Of a stretch of DNA of 37,415 nucleotides, positions 19,767-30,063 are shown one piece after another. Position 1 is the stretch's first letter. Every line of letters begins with the position of its first letter. The stretch covers positions 1 through 37,415 of IMG/VR virus record IMGVR_UViG_3300012952_000044; one strand, written 5' to 3'. A model generated the notes under the pieces. It was given only the letters and a program-made list of their open reading frames with translations, made no database searches and was not told the DNA's origin. Both the position numbers and the translations under genes were made by a program. The stretch is from a virus (lineage: Duplodnaviria; Caudoviricetes).

Positions 19767-21419
19767 GTGGCTACTACTGATAGCATTTATCTTGGCAATC
19801 CTAATCTAAAGAAAGCCAATACACCAATGGAATTTACTCCTGTTCAAATACAGGAGTTTGTCAAGTGTAAAGGTGATCCTGTTTATTTTTGTAAGAATTA
19901 TATAAAAATTGTTTCTCTTGATGAAGGTCTAGTGCCTTTTAGCATGTATGATTTTCAAGAGGAGATGGTTAATAGATTTCATGAGAATAGATTCAATATA
20001 GCAAAACTTCCTCGTCAGACAGGTAAGTCAACAACCGTAGTATCATACCTTTTACATTATATTATTTTTAATGATAATGTGAATATTGGTATTCTAGCAA
20101 ACAAAGCATCTACTTCTAGAGAGTTATTATCTAGATTACAGTTGGCATACGAAAATTTGCCAAGATGGATGCAACACGGAATTTTAGCATGGAATAAAGG
20201 TAATGTCGAACTCGAAAATGGATCAAAGATTCTGGCTGCTTCTACGTCTTCAAGTGCTGTCCGAGGCATGTCATTCAATATCATCTTCCTCGATGAATTT
20301 GCGTTCGTTCCAAACCATGTTGCAGAACAATTCTTTGCATCGGTTTATCCTACTATTACTTCTGGTAAGTCAACGAAAGTAATAATCATATCCACTCCTA
20401 ATGGAATGAATATGTTCTATAAGTTATGGCATGATGCTGAACGTGGTAAGAATGAATATACAACAACAGAAGTTCATTGGTCGCAAGTGCCTGGCAGAGA
20501 TGCTAATTGGAAAGCACAGACTATTGCTAACACATCAGAAAGACAGTTTGTACAGGAATTTGAATGTGAGTTCTTAGGATCTGTTGATACTTTAATATCA
20601 GCATCTAAATTAAGAACAATGGTATATGAGGATCCTTTACATGCTAGTAAAGGATTGCATACGTATGAACAACCTATAGAAGGTCATCAATATGTTATGA
20701 CAGTTGATGTTTCTAGAGGAGTTAATAATGACTATTCAGCATTTGTTATTTTTGACATCACAGAGATTCCATATAAAGTTGTTGGTAAATATAAGAATAA
20801 TAATATTAAACCTATAATATTCCCAAACATAATAAATGATGTAGCGAAAGCTTATAATGAAGCGTATGTACTAATAGAAGTAAATGATATTGGTGGACAA
20901 GTCGCTGATATAATGCAATTTGATTTAGAGTATGAGAATATTTTAATGTGTGCTATGAGAGGTAGAGCAGGTCAAATAGTTGGTCAAGGGTTTTCTCATA
21001 AATCTCAATTGGGAATTAAAATGACATCTACAGTTAAAAAGACTGGATGTTCCAACTTAAAAGCATTAATTGAAGATGATAAGTTATTAATACAGGATTA
21101 TGATATAATTGCAGAGTTAACTACATTCATCCAAAGGAAACAATCATTTGAGGCACAAGAAGGTTGTAATGATGACCTTGCAATGTGTCTTGTAATATAT
21201 GCATGGTTAGTTGTTCAACCATATTTTAAAGAATTAACTTCGGATGATATTAGAAAAAGACTTTTTGAAGATCAAAGAGAAGCTATAGAAGAAGATATGG
21301 CGCCATTTGGTTTTATTTTAGATGGAACTGATGAAGAGGTTGAAGTTGATGATAAGGGGGATGCATGGGCAAAGGTTGATGAATATGGAGATATGGCTTT
21401 CATGTGGGATTATAAGTAA
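19767..21419 (+). CDS. g17: Terminase large subunit gp17
   Basis: YLGNPNLKK, Walker A PRQTGKST, Walker B IIFLDEFAF, ISTPNG, nuclease VDVSRG..DYSAF and NDDLAM; no intein or intron seen. Confidence 0.96.
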   Translation: MATTDSIYLGNPNLKKANTPMEFTPVQIQEFVKCKGDPVYFCKNYIKIVSLDEGLVPFSMYDFQEEMVNRFHENRFNIAKLPRQTGKSTTVVSYLLHYIIFNDNVNIGILANKASTSRELLSRLQLAYENLPRWMQHGILAWNKGNVELENGSKILAASTSSSAVRGMSFNIIFLDEFAFVPNHVAEQFFASVYPTITSGKSTKVIIISTPNGMNMFYKLWHDAERGKNEYTTTEVHWSQVPGRDANWKAQTIANTSERQFVQEFECEFLGSVDTLISASKLRTMVYEDPLHASKGLHTYEQPIEGHQYVMTVDVSRGVNNDYSAFVIFDITEIPYKVVGKYKNNNIKPIIFPNIINDVAKAYNEAYVLIEVNDIGGQVADIMQFDLEYENILMCAMRGRAGQIVGQGFSHKSQLGIKMTSTVKKTGCSNLKALIEDDKLLIQDYDIIAELTTFIQRKQSFEAQEGCNDDLAMCLVIYAWLVVQPYFKELTSDDIRKRLFEDQREAIEEDMAPFGFILDGTDEEVEVDDKGDAWAKVDEYGDMAFMWDYK

Positions 21420-21634
21420 TGACACCAAAAGAGGATATTGAATTTATAGCTAATCTCATTGATAAAGGATTCCATTATGATAGATCTAATGATGAATATG
21501 TTCGTAAATGGATTACAGAAGGTGGAGAAGAATCTATATTAGAAATATATAAGAAAGTATGGCATACTAATAAATGGTGTCAGTCTATGGTTGGTTATGG
21601 TGATAATATCTTCTATGAGGAAATGTTAGAATGA
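21419..21634 (+). CDS. Hypothetical protein
   Basis: 71-aa ORF with TAATG and ATGA overlaps to its neighbours. Confidence 0.6.
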   Translation: MTPKEDIEFIANLIDKGFHYDRSNDEYVRKWITEGGEESILEIYKKVWHTNKWCQSMVGYGDNIFYEEMLE

Positions 21635-21861
21635 ATTTAGAAGAACAGTATGAATTAGAACATCTACTATTACAAGAAAGAAAATGTAGAACTTGTGGTG
21701 AAACTAAAGATCTTATAGATGGTTTTTATCTGACTCGTAAAAATAGAAAAGGGTTTCCATCAGCTTATGCTTATGAATGTAAACTCTGTACTATAAGAAG
21801 AATAATGGAGAACAGAAAAAGGAATACTACATTCTCAGATTGGTTATATCCTGATTGGTAG
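21631..21861 (+). CDS. Small CxxC..CxxC zinc-binding protein
   Basis: RKCRTCGETK..FY..YECKLC, C-terminal YPDW; located between gp17 and gp18. Confidence 0.7.
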   Translation: MNLEEQYELEHLLLQERKCRTCGETKDLIDGFYLTRKNRKGFPSAYAYECKLCTIRRIMENRKRNTTFSDWLYPDW

Positions 21862-21902
21862 GGTGTTCATGTACAGTTTCCCCGTTTGTAAGCCGAGAAA
21901 TA

Positions 21903-21909
21903 ATAAATA
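21903..21909 (+). promoter_or_regulatory. Late promoter core ATAAATA upstream of gp18
   Basis: Motif followed by a GAGGA RBS near 21932. Confidence 0.65.
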
Positions 21910-21945
21910 GTTTGGAGAAAAAGATCTCATAGAGGAAATAAAAAC

Positions 21946-24216
21946 ATGGCTTTAGCATCACCTGGCGTAGAGGTAAAAGAGATTGATTTTACGGCTACCG
22001 TTCAAGTTGCAGATCAAAATATCGGTGTAGTTGCTATAGCGGCTCAAAAGGGGCCTACCGATGTAGTAACATACCTTGCGAGCGAAAGAGAATTAGTTGA
22101 TACATTTGGTAACCCAGATAACAACAACTTCGAAGCATGGTTTGCTGCAGCAACAATAATACAGTATGGCGGAATCGCAGCAGTTATAAGACCTTCAGGG
22201 GCTACTGACTTAGGTTTACGCAACTCAAATATTAAGAGAGATAATAGTAGTGAAACTACTCTCGCAATTAAAAATAAAGACGATTTTGACACTAGAACAA
22301 CAAATACTTTTGAGTGGGCAGCGAGAACATCGGGTGCTTTCAATAACGGTGTAACAGTTTCTGTTGTTGACCACGGTGCTGACCAAGAAATTAGTTTCCC
22401 TAATGATGTAGGATCTGTTCTTGCAATTGACAACTATGCAAATGCTGGTGCAACTGGTAGTAGAACTGCTGGTACTTATTCAATCGTTGCTACTGGTGGT
22501 GGTGGATCGGGTGCTACATTCTCGGTTGTAATCGCTGCAAACGGTGCTGCAACTATTACCATGACCGATAATGGTTCTGGATATGCAGATAACGATACTT
22601 TAACCTTACCTAGAGCAGGTAACTACGGTGGTGCTTCTGACGTTACAGTTCAAGTTAATGGTGTAGCTGGTGCATTACCTGTTGCTGGTGCTTCAATTAA
22701 GTGGGCATCTGGAACTAGTACTTACTACGGTAGTGTTTACAAAGTAGTTGATGGTGATACTATTCAAGTTACTCTATGGGATACTACACAAAGACTTGCT
22801 GTAGGTTCAGTTGTACAAACACATGCTGGTGCTGGAGTAGGTACTGTAAGTGCAGTAAATCAAGCTGATGTTTATGGTACTCTAGAGTATGCTTCTGGTA
22901 AGAAGTGGTCAACTATTGCACCACAACCAGGCACATCAAGTGTTACTTCATCTAAAGGTGGTAAGTATGATGAATTCCATATTGCAGTAGTTGATACACA
23001 AGGTACTGTAACTGGAAATGTTGGAGAAGTTTTAGAGACAATGACATATGTTTCTAAAGCAACTGATGCAAAAACATCAGAAGGAACTGCAACATACTGG
23101 AAAACTTATGTACAAGAACAGTCTAGGTTTATTTACGCTGGAGATCAAACATTTGCAGACACTGGAGATCAGTTAACTCAAGCAAATATAACAGCTGGTA
23201 AGACTTCTACCGCAATTGGTGCTGTAAGTACTAATGCATGGTTCAAACCATTTACTTTCGGTGGTGCTTCTACAGAAGGAAGAGTTCTTGCTTCAGGTGC
23301 CAACTACGATTATTCAACATCAAATAAGATTGAATTAGTTGATGCAGGGTTGATTGCTGGATATGATTTAATTAAAGATCCAGAAATTTTTGGAGACATT
23401 GATTTCTTAGTTCCAGGCAAGATTACAGTTGCTAAAGCAGTTGGTCTGATTGCAATATCAGAATTAAGAAGAGATTGTATTACAGTTGTTTCACCAGAAC
23501 GTTCTGATGTAGTTAACTCAAATACAAATTCTCAAAAAGTAGATGCTATTATAGATTTCTTCAATCAACTTCCAAGTACATCATATGCAATATATGATTC
23601 TGGATATAAGTACATCTATGATAAGTATAATGATGTTTATCGTTATGTACCTTGTGCAGCTGACGTTGCTGGTTTATGTATTAATGCTACAATTAATGCA
23701 GAGTCATGGTTCTCACCTGCTGGATACAACAGAGGTGGAATCCGTAATGCAACAAAACTTGCATTTAGTCCAAGACAGGCTGATAGAGATAGACTTTATA
23801 CCGCAAGGGTCAATCCTATTTCTACATTCCCTGGCCAAGGAACAGTATTATTTGGTGACAAAACTGCACTTGCTTCACCATCTGCATTTGATAGAATTAA
23901 TGTTCGTAGACTCTTTATTGAGTTGGAAAAGAATATTGCACAATTCTCTAAATATCAGTTGTTTGAGATTAACGATGAGTTAACAAGATCTGGCTTTAGG
24001 GCTGCAGTTGAACCATATCTTAGAGGTGTACAGGGTAGGAGAGGCATATATGACTTCCTAGTTGTTTGTGACACTTCAAACAACACTCCTGATGTTATTG
24101 ATAGAAATGAGTTTAAGGCTGAAATTTACATCAAACCTGCTCGTTCAATCAACTTCATCACGATAACATTCGTTGCCACCAGAACTGGTGTTTCATTCAA
24201 CGAATTAATTTCATAA
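21946..24216 (+). CDS. g18: Tail sheath protein gp18
   Basis: ASPGVEVKEID, WFSPAGYNRG, FGDKT..SAFDRINVRRLF, IKPARSINFI. Confidence 0.96.
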   Translation: MALASPGVEVKEIDFTATVQVADQNIGVVAIAAQKGPTDVVTYLASERELVDTFGNPDNNNFEAWFAAATIIQYGGIAAVIRPSGATDLGLRNSNIKRDNSSETTLAIKNKDDFDTRTTNTFEWAARTSGAFNNGVTVSVVDHGADQEISFPNDVGSVLAIDNYANAGATGSRTAGTYSIVATGGGGSGATFSVVIAANGAATITMTDNGSGYADNDTLTLPRAGNYGGASDVTVQVNGVAGALPVAGASIKWASGTSTYYGSVYKVVDGDTIQVTLWDTTQRLAVGSVVQTHAGAGVGTVSAVNQADVYGTLEYASGKKWSTIAPQPGTSSVTSSKGGKYDEFHIAVVDTQGTVTGNVGEVLETMTYVSKATDAKTSEGTATYWKTYVQEQSRFIYAGDQTFADTGDQLTQANITAGKTSTAIGAVSTNAWFKPFTFGGASTEGRVLASGANYDYSTSNKIELVDAGLIAGYDLIKDPEIFGDIDFLVPGKITVAKAVGLIAISELRRDCITVVSPERSDVVNSNTNSQKVDAIIDFFNQLPSTSYAIYDSGYKYIYDKYNDVYRYVPCAADVAGLCINATINAESWFSPAGYNRGGIRNATKLAFSPRQADRDRLYTARVNPISTFPGQGTVLFGDKTALASPSAFDRINVRRLFIELEKNIAQFSKYQLFEINDELTRSGFRAAVEPYLRGVQGRRGIYDFLVVCDTSNNTPDVIDRNEFKAEIYIKPARSINFITITFVATRTGVSFNELIS

Positions 24217-24255
24217 TTTACCCTTTAGCTTACTACAACTTCGGAGAATAACACA

Positions 24256-24894
24256 ATGGCAAGAGGCATATCAGAGTTTAAGTCAAAACTTACACAGGGT
24301 GGTGCAAGGCCGAATCTGTTTATGGTTCGCCTTAACTTCCCAAATGAATTATCTAGCGTAATAGATTTTGGAACAATTGATGCTAATTCTGCTACAGAAA
24401 AAGCTCAATTTCTTGTAAAGACCGCACAAATACCTGCATCAACAATAGGATCCATAGACGTTCCTTTTAGAGGAAGGATGCTTAAGGTTGCTGGAGACAG
24501 GACATTTGAACCTTGGTCAGTTACCGTTTTAAATGACGGTGAGTTTACCATTCGTAAAGCATTTGAAGCATGGTCTAGAGGTATTAACGCACTGACAGAA
24601 AACGTTTCACAACTTGGTTACGGTGATGGTGGTCAAGGATATACAGTAGATTTGGAAGTATTCCAATTAAGTAGAGATGGTAAAAAACCAGATAAAACTC
24701 CACCTAATATAACTGCTGCTGGTCAAGACGGTATGGACGTTGTTCGTGCTTATAAGTTCTATGATGCATGGCCATCTGCGCTATCTGCTATAGATCTATC
24801 ATACGAATCTAACGATCAGATTGAAGAATTCACTTGCGAATTCCAATATAACTATTACGAGGTATCTAATCCAACTCTAGACACCGCAAGCTAA
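24256..24894 (+). CDS. g19: Tail tube protein gp19
   Basis: GGARPNLF, VPFRGRMLKVAGDRTFEPWSVTV, IEEFTCEFQY. Confidence 0.96.
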   Translation: MARGISEFKSKLTQGGARPNLFMVRLNFPNELSSVIDFGTIDANSATEKAQFLVKTAQIPASTIGSIDVPFRGRMLKVAGDRTFEPWSVTVLNDGEFTIRKAFEAWSRGINALTENVSQLGYGDGGQGYTVDLEVFQLSRDGKKPDKTPPNITAAGQDGMDVVRAYKFYDAWPSALSAIDLSYESNDQIEEFTCEFQYNYYEVSNPTLDTAS

Positions 24895-24899
24895 AGTAA

Positions 24900-24906
24900 C
24901 TAAATA
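24900..24906 (+). promoter_or_regulatory. Late promoter core CTAAATA upstream of gp20
   Basis: Intergenic motif. Confidence 0.6.
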
Positions 24907-24933
24907 GTAAAGATTAAAGAGTAAATTTATACT

Positions 24934-26577
24934 ATGACTCAGTTATTTGGGTTTTCTATTGCGGAGCGTAAGAAGAAAGCAAAACTAATTTCTCCTGCCC
25001 CGCCTAATAATGATGACGGCACCTCCGTAGTAGCGGCTGGTGCCTATTTTGGTCAGTACGTAGATATTGACGGAATACCTAAGAGTAATAATGATTTTGA
25101 GTTAATTAAGAAGTACAGAGAGATTGCATTACACCCAGAATGTGATAGTGCTATAGATGATATAATTAATGAATCAGTTGCTAGTGATTTAGACTTTGCG
25201 CCAGTTAATATTGAGTTATCTAATTTAGAAGCTAGTGATAAAGTAAAGAAACAGATAAGAGAAGAATTTAAATTTATTTTACGTTTATTAGATTTTGATA
25301 GAAAATCACATGATATATTCCGTCGCTGGTATATTGATGGTAGAATGTTCTATCATAAATTAATTGATTTTAAAAAACCACAAGAAGGAATTAAAGAGTT
25401 AAGATATATTGATGCATTAAAAATAAAGAAAGTTAGAGAGATAGTTAAGAATAAAGATGGTGCTGCCATGGTCACCCAAGAGGGTGGAACTTCGAGATCA
25501 TATGACTATGGTGATGTTGTAGAATATTATATGTATTTCCCTAGTGGATACAAAACAACTCAAGCAAAAGGATTAAAAATTGCTGATGATGCAATAACTT
25601 TTGTTGCTTCTGGATTGATGGATCATAATAGAAATATGACTCTATCGTTCTTGCATAAAGCCATTAAATCAGTAAATCAACTAAGAATGATTGAAGACTC
25701 ATTAGTGATTTACAGAATATCAAGAGCTCCAGAAAGAAGAATTTTCTATATTGATGTAGGTAATCTACCTAAGATGAAAGCAGAACAATATCTGCGTGAA
25801 GTAATGAATAGATATAGAAATAAACTGGTATATGATTCTGCTACTGGTGAGGTAAAGGATGATAGAAAGCATATGAGTATGCTTGAAGATTTCTGGTTAC
25901 CACGTAGAGAAGGGGGTAGAGGTACTGAAATTACTACATTGCCTGGTGGACAAAACTTAGGTGAGTTAGAAGATGTTAAGTATTTCCAGAAGAAACTATA
26001 TAAGTCTCTCAATATTCCACTCTCAAGACTAGAACAGGAATCATCATTCACCATTGGTAGAACCAATGAGATTACCAGAGATGAACTTAAATTTGCTAAG
26101 TTTGTTGGTCGTCTACGTAAGAAGTTCTCAGATCTATTCAATGATCTTTTAAGAACTCAATTACTCCTTAAGGGTATTCTTACTATTGATGATTGGGATG
26201 ATATGAAAGAAAATATTCAGTACGATTATATTTTTGATAATCATTTCACAGAATTGAAAGATAACGAGCTTCTAACTGAAAGATTGAATTCAGTTGGAAT
26301 GATCGAACCATACCTCGGTAGATATTTTTCAGTTGATTATGTCCGTAAACAAGTTCTTCACTTCACTGATGAGGAGATAGAAGAGATGGATCTACAGATT
26401 GAGAAGGAAAAAGAATTAGGTATCATACAAGATCCTATGGAAATGGATCCTTCAATGATGGGTATGGGTGGCGAAGAGGAGATGACTCCTGGCGCCATGA
26501 ATGGCGGAGAAAGTGATTTAGATAGTGCATTTTCCGCAGCAATTGCTCCTGGCGATATGGCTAAGGGTAAGATTTAA
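24934..26577 (+). CDS. g20: Portal vertex protein gp20
   Basis: YRISRAPERRIFYIDVGNLPK, MLEDFWLPRREGGRGTEITTLPGGQNLGE. Confidence 0.97.
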   Translation: MTQLFGFSIAERKKKAKLISPAPPNNDDGTSVVAAGAYFGQYVDIDGIPKSNNDFELIKKYREIALHPECDSAIDDIINESVASDLDFAPVNIELSNLEASDKVKKQIREEFKFILRLLDFDRKSHDIFRRWYIDGRMFYHKLIDFKKPQEGIKELRYIDALKIKKVREIVKNKDGAAMVTQEGGTSRSYDYGDVVEYYMYFPSGYKTTQAKGLKIADDAITFVASGLMDHNRNMTLSFLHKAIKSVNQLRMIEDSLVIYRISRAPERRIFYIDVGNLPKMKAEQYLREVMNRYRNKLVYDSATGEVKDDRKHMSMLEDFWLPRREGGRGTEITTLPGGQNLGELEDVKYFQKKLYKSLNIPLSRLEQESSFTIGRTNEITRDELKFAKFVGRLRKKFSDLFNDLLRTQLLLKGILTIDDWDDMKENIQYDYIFDNHFTELKDNELLTERLNSVGMIEPYLGRYFSVDYVRKQVLHFTDEEIEEMDLQIEKEKELGIIQDPMEMDPSMMGMGGEEEMTPGAMNGGESDLDSAFSAAIAPGDMAKGKI

Positions 26578-26583
26578 TAAATA
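26577..26583 (+). promoter_or_regulatory. Late promoter core ATAAATA
   Basis: Overlaps the gp20 stop codon. Confidence 0.55.
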
Positions 26584-26605
26584 TATAATATAGTGGAGTA
26601 TTATT

Positions 26606-26866
26606 ATGCCTTCGATATCTAAAGAGATTGTTGACGCTATTGTTAGTAAAGACAATCACAATGCGAATGAAAAAGTATATGATGCACTTTATGGAAAAAG
26701 TTCTGAACAACTTCAGGCTCGTAAAGTACAAATAGCAAAACACTTTTTTGATCCTGAATATCAAATAGATCAGGATAAGGAAGAGAAAGTTGAACCAGCA
26801 CCAGAAACACCTGTTGCTGAAACAGAACCCACCGAAGTAGAACCCACTGAACCAAAGGAAGAGTAA
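26606..26866 (+). CDS. Small acidic protein between gp20 and gp21 (putative prohead core, gp67-like position)
   Basis: GGAG RBS; E/P-rich C-terminus; synteny with T4 g67/g68. Confidence 0.6.
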   Translation: MPSISKEIVDAIVSKDNHNANEKVYDALYGKSSEQLQARKVQIAKHFFDPEYQIDQDKEEKVEPAPETPVAETEPTEVEPTEPKEE

Positions 26867-26871
26867 CTATC

Positions 26872-27522
26872 ATGAAACTTATTTCAGAAGAAATTGAATC
26901 AGTAAATTTTATTACTGAAGAAAAGGGCGGTAGGAAATCGCACTTTATAGAAGGTGTATTTCTTCAATCTGATATTAAGAATCGAAATGGGAGAATGTAT
27001 CCCATGAATACTCTCTCTAGAGAAGTTGGTAGGTACAATGAGTCCTTTATTCAAAAGGGTAGAGCTCTTGGTGAGTTGGGTCATCCAGATGGCCCCACAG
27101 TAAATCTTGATAGGGTTTCTCATAAAATCATATCATTAACACAGGAAGGTAAGAATTTTATCGGTAAAGCAAAAATTCTAGAAACACCTATGGGTAAAAT
27201 CGCATCATCACTCTTGAGTGAGGGCGTTAAACTAGGAGTTTCTTCAAGGGGTTTAGGTTCTATTGAAAGAAGAGGAAATATGAATATCGTTAAAGACGAT
27301 TTTATGCTTTCGACTGCTGCAGATATTGTAGCTGATCCTTCTGCTCCAGATGCTTTTGTGGAGGGCATTATGGAAGGTAAGGAATGGGTAATGGCTGAAG
27401 GACGTTGGCAAGAGTCAGCATACTATCAGTCTAAAAAGTACCTAGATAATTCTCCGCAAAGCGAATTGGACGCAAGAAAACTTGAAGTTTTCGAGTCGTT
27501 TTTGCGTAACATTACAATTTAA
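26872..27522 (+). CDS. g21: Prohead protease gp21
   Basis: KNRNGRMYP, ALGELGHP, GVSSRGLGS, DIVADPSAPDAFV. Confidence 0.96.
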   Translation: MKLISEEIESVNFITEEKGGRKSHFIEGVFLQSDIKNRNGRMYPMNTLSREVGRYNESFIQKGRALGELGHPDGPTVNLDRVSHKIISLTQEGKNFIGKAKILETPMGKIASSLLSEGVKLGVSSRGLGSIERRGNMNIVKDDFMLSTAADIVADPSAPDAFVEGIMEGKEWVMAEGRWQESAYYQSKKYLDNSPQSELDARKLEVFESFLRNITI

Positions 27523-27528
27523 TAAATA
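27522..27528 (+). promoter_or_regulatory. Late promoter core ATAAATA upstream of gp22
   Basis: Intergenic motif. Confidence 0.6.
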
Positions 27529-27566
27529 TTATTAGAAAATAACCATTTTTTCACAAGGGGAATCCA

Positions 27567-28601
27567 ATGTCGAATGTATCTGAAACAAATATTGAAACCG
27601 TAGAAGAGGGCAGTAATCCTGTAACTAAGAATGCTAGCCCAGGTGATCCCATGCCAAAGATTGATAATACTGTTCCAGGCCAAACTGGATCCGCAGAAGA
27701 CCTTGGTGGGCCCATCACAAAACCAGCTCCTAATTCCGAACCATCGGTAGGTGCTAAAGCTTCCGCAAAGGCTAAGAAGACAGCCACTAAAGTAAATGCA
27801 ACTGGTGGAACACCAGATCCAATGCCTACTCTAGACGGTTCTGCTCCTGGCCAGAAGAACGAGGAAGTAGAGAAAAAAGAATTGAGTATAGACGTATCTG
27901 ATGACGTTAATGCTCTATTAAAAGGAGAAGAATTCTCCGAGGAGTTCAAGTTTAAAGCAACAACTATCTTCGAAGCAGCCGTTAAGGCGAAGGTTGTTGA
28001 AGAACTTGAAAAACTAGAAAAAGTTTACGAAGAAAAACTTCAGGCAAAACTTGCCGAAGTTACCGAATCAATGGAAACACGTGTAGATTCTCATCTTGAG
28101 TACACTGCTGAACAGTGGATCAAGGAAAATCAACTCGCCGTTGACAATGGTCTACGTAATGAATTGACAGAAGAGTTCATCACAGGTTTGAAGGATCTCT
28201 TTGAAACACATTATGTCGATATCCCAGAAGATAAGTATGATGTTCTCAGCGATATGTCTGAGAAATTAAATGAAATGGAGACAAAACTTAACGAGCAAAT
28301 CGAAAGTAATGTTGAGCTCAATAAGGCAATCGGAACCTATACTAAAAATGGAATCATTGGAGAAATTTCCGAAGGTCTTGCTCAAACACAAAAAGAAAAG
28401 CTTGCTTCTTTAGCAGAAGGTGTTGAGTTTGTTAGTGAAGAGTCTTATCGGGAAAAGGTCGTAACGATCAAGGAAAATTATTTCCCATCAACTAAAGCGT
28501 CTTCATCTGAAGATCTTGTTGAAAAACAGCAAGTAATTGCTGAAGATCTAGAGGGCCCTATGGCATCTTATGCCGCAGCGCTTTCTAAGTACTCTAACTA
28601 A
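27567..28601 (+). CDS. g22: Prohead core scaffold protein gp22
   Basis: FSEEFKFKATTIFEAAV, LFETHYVDIPEDKYDV, IKENYF; acidic coiled coil. Confidence 0.93.
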   Translation: MSNVSETNIETVEEGSNPVTKNASPGDPMPKIDNTVPGQTGSAEDLGGPITKPAPNSEPSVGAKASAKAKKTATKVNATGGTPDPMPTLDGSAPGQKNEEVEKKELSIDVSDDVNALLKGEEFSEEFKFKATTIFEAAVKAKVVEELEKLEKVYEEKLQAKLAEVTESMETRVDSHLEYTAEQWIKENQLAVDNGLRNELTEEFITGLKDLFETHYVDIPEDKYDVLSDMSEKLNEMETKLNEQIESNVELNKAIGTYTKNGIIGEISEGLAQTQKEKLASLAEGVEFVSEESYREKVVTIKENYFPSTKASSSEDLVEKQQVIAEDLEGPMASYAAALSKYSN

Positions 28602-28628
28602 CAAATAATTAAAGAGGTAAAATTCTAA

Positions 28629-29996
28629 ATGTATAACGCAGAAAAACTTCAAGAAAAGTGGGCTCCCGTACTGGAGCACGATGGTCTTGAGAATATTAAA
28701 GATAATCATCGTAGAGCTGTAACTGCCGTACTCCTTGAAAACCAAGAAAGGTTTATGCAAGAAGAGCGTGGTATCCTTACAGAGCAACCAACTAACTCCG
28801 CTGGAACTGGTGGATTTGGTGGTTCAGCTGCTCTACCTAACCAAGGTTTCGACCCTGTATTAATCAGCTTGATTCGCCGTTCTATGCCTAAGTTGATGGC
28901 ATATGACATTTGCGGTGTTCAACCAATGTCTGGCCCTACAGGTCTAATCTTCGCAATGCGCTCACATCGTGGTACAGACCGTGATGGTAATGGTGCAACA
29001 CCTAACGTATTCACCAACGAATCATTCTATGATGAGGTTCCATCAGGATTCTCTGCTGGTGACGGTGCTTACAGTGCTGCAACTGGAGAAGCTGCAACAA
29101 ACCCTTCAGTTCTTAACGACGCATCACCTGGCAACTATGCTGCTGTTGGTGGTATGAACACAGCAACTCAGGAAGCTCTTGGATCTAGTTCTGGAACTGC
29201 TTTCCGTGAGATGTCATTCTCCATCGAGAAAGTCGCTGTTGAAGCAAAAGGTCGTGCGCTAAAAGCCGAGTACAGTTTAGAACTTGCTCAGGACTTGAAA
29301 GCAATCCACGGTCTAGATGCAGAAGCAGAACTTGCAAACATCTTGTCTGCTGAAGTTCTTGCTGAGATCAACCGTGAAGTTGTTCGTACAATCTACGTAA
29401 CTGCTAAGCCTGGTGCTCAAAACAACGTTTCTACTGGTGGACAATTCGACCTAGACGTTGACTCAAACGGAAGATGGATGGCTGAGAAATTCAAAGGTCT
29501 TATCTATCAAATCGAAAGAGATGCTAATGCGATTGGTCAAGAGACTCGTCGTGGAAAGGGTAACTTCATCGTCTGCTCTGCTGACGTTGCAAGTGCTCTA
29601 GGAATGGCAGGTGTACTTGATTACGCTCCTGCTCTTGGTGGAAACAACTCTCTAACAGGTGTTGATGATACTGAATCCACATTAGTTGGTACACTAAACG
29701 GACGTATTAAGGTCTATGTTGACCCATACTCTGCAAACGTTGCTGACAATCACTTCTATGTAATGGGATACAAAGGAACATCTGCTTATGATGCAGGTAT
29801 CTTCTACTGTCCTTATGTACCTCTCCAAATGGTCAGATCCATTGGTCAGGATACATTCCAACCTAAGATTGGCTTCAAAACTCGTTATGGTATGGTTGCC
29901 AATCCATTCTCACGTGGTACAACTCAAGGTGCTGGCGCTCTTACTGCTAACACTAACGTTTACTACCGTCGTGTTCAGGTTAAGAACCTTATGTGA
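28629..29996 (+). CDS. g23: Major capsid protein gp23
   Basis: LQEKWAPVL, DICGVQPMSGPTGLIFAMR, ELAQDLKAIHGLDAEAEL, FYCPYVPLQM, FQPKIGFKTRYG. Confidence 0.98.
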   Translation: MYNAEKLQEKWAPVLEHDGLENIKDNHRRAVTAVLLENQERFMQEERGILTEQPTNSAGTGGFGGSAALPNQGFDPVLISLIRRSMPKLMAYDICGVQPMSGPTGLIFAMRSHRGTDRDGNGATPNVFTNESFYDEVPSGFSAGDGAYSAATGEAATNPSVLNDASPGNYAAVGGMNTATQEALGSSSGTAFREMSFSIEKVAVEAKGRALKAEYSLELAQDLKAIHGLDAEAELANILSAEVLAEINREVVRTIYVTAKPGAQNNVSTGGQFDLDVDSNGRWMAEKFKGLIYQIERDANAIGQETRRGKGNFIVCSADVASALGMAGVLDYAPALGGNNSLTGVDDTESTLVGTLNGRIKVYVDPYSANVADNHFYVMGYKGTSAYDAGIFYCPYVPLQMVRSIGQDTFQPKIGFKTRYGMVANPFSRGTTQGAGALTANTNVYYRRVQVKNLM

Positions 29997-30015
29997 TTTA
30001 ATATCACATATTTTC

Positions 30016-30043
30016 AAAGAGACCCTACGGGGTCTCTTTTTTT
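30016..30043 (+). terminator. Rho-independent terminator after gp23
   Basis: Stem AAAGAGACCC / GGGTCTCTTT with a C-UACG-G tetraloop and a U-tract. Confidence 0.9.
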
Positions 30044-30063
30044 ATGAAGAGAATATTAAACAG

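Noticed and set aside
21631-21861. Homing endonuclease call for the zinc-finger ORF
   Set aside because: No HNH or GIY-YIG catalytic motif, and it is too short.
21862-21900. Resemblance of GTTCAT..AAGCCGA to glutamine (glnA/Downstream-peptide) riboswitches
   Set aside because: The closing pairing element and the remaining conserved nucleotides are not visible.
12722-29996. No recognisable gp9-12, wac, gp24, hoc or soc genes
   Set aside because: This is expected for T4-like cyanophages and is not novel.
19767-29996. Inteins or group I introns in gp17, gp20 or gp23
   Set aside because: The ORFs are continuous, of normal length and lack splice-junction motifs.
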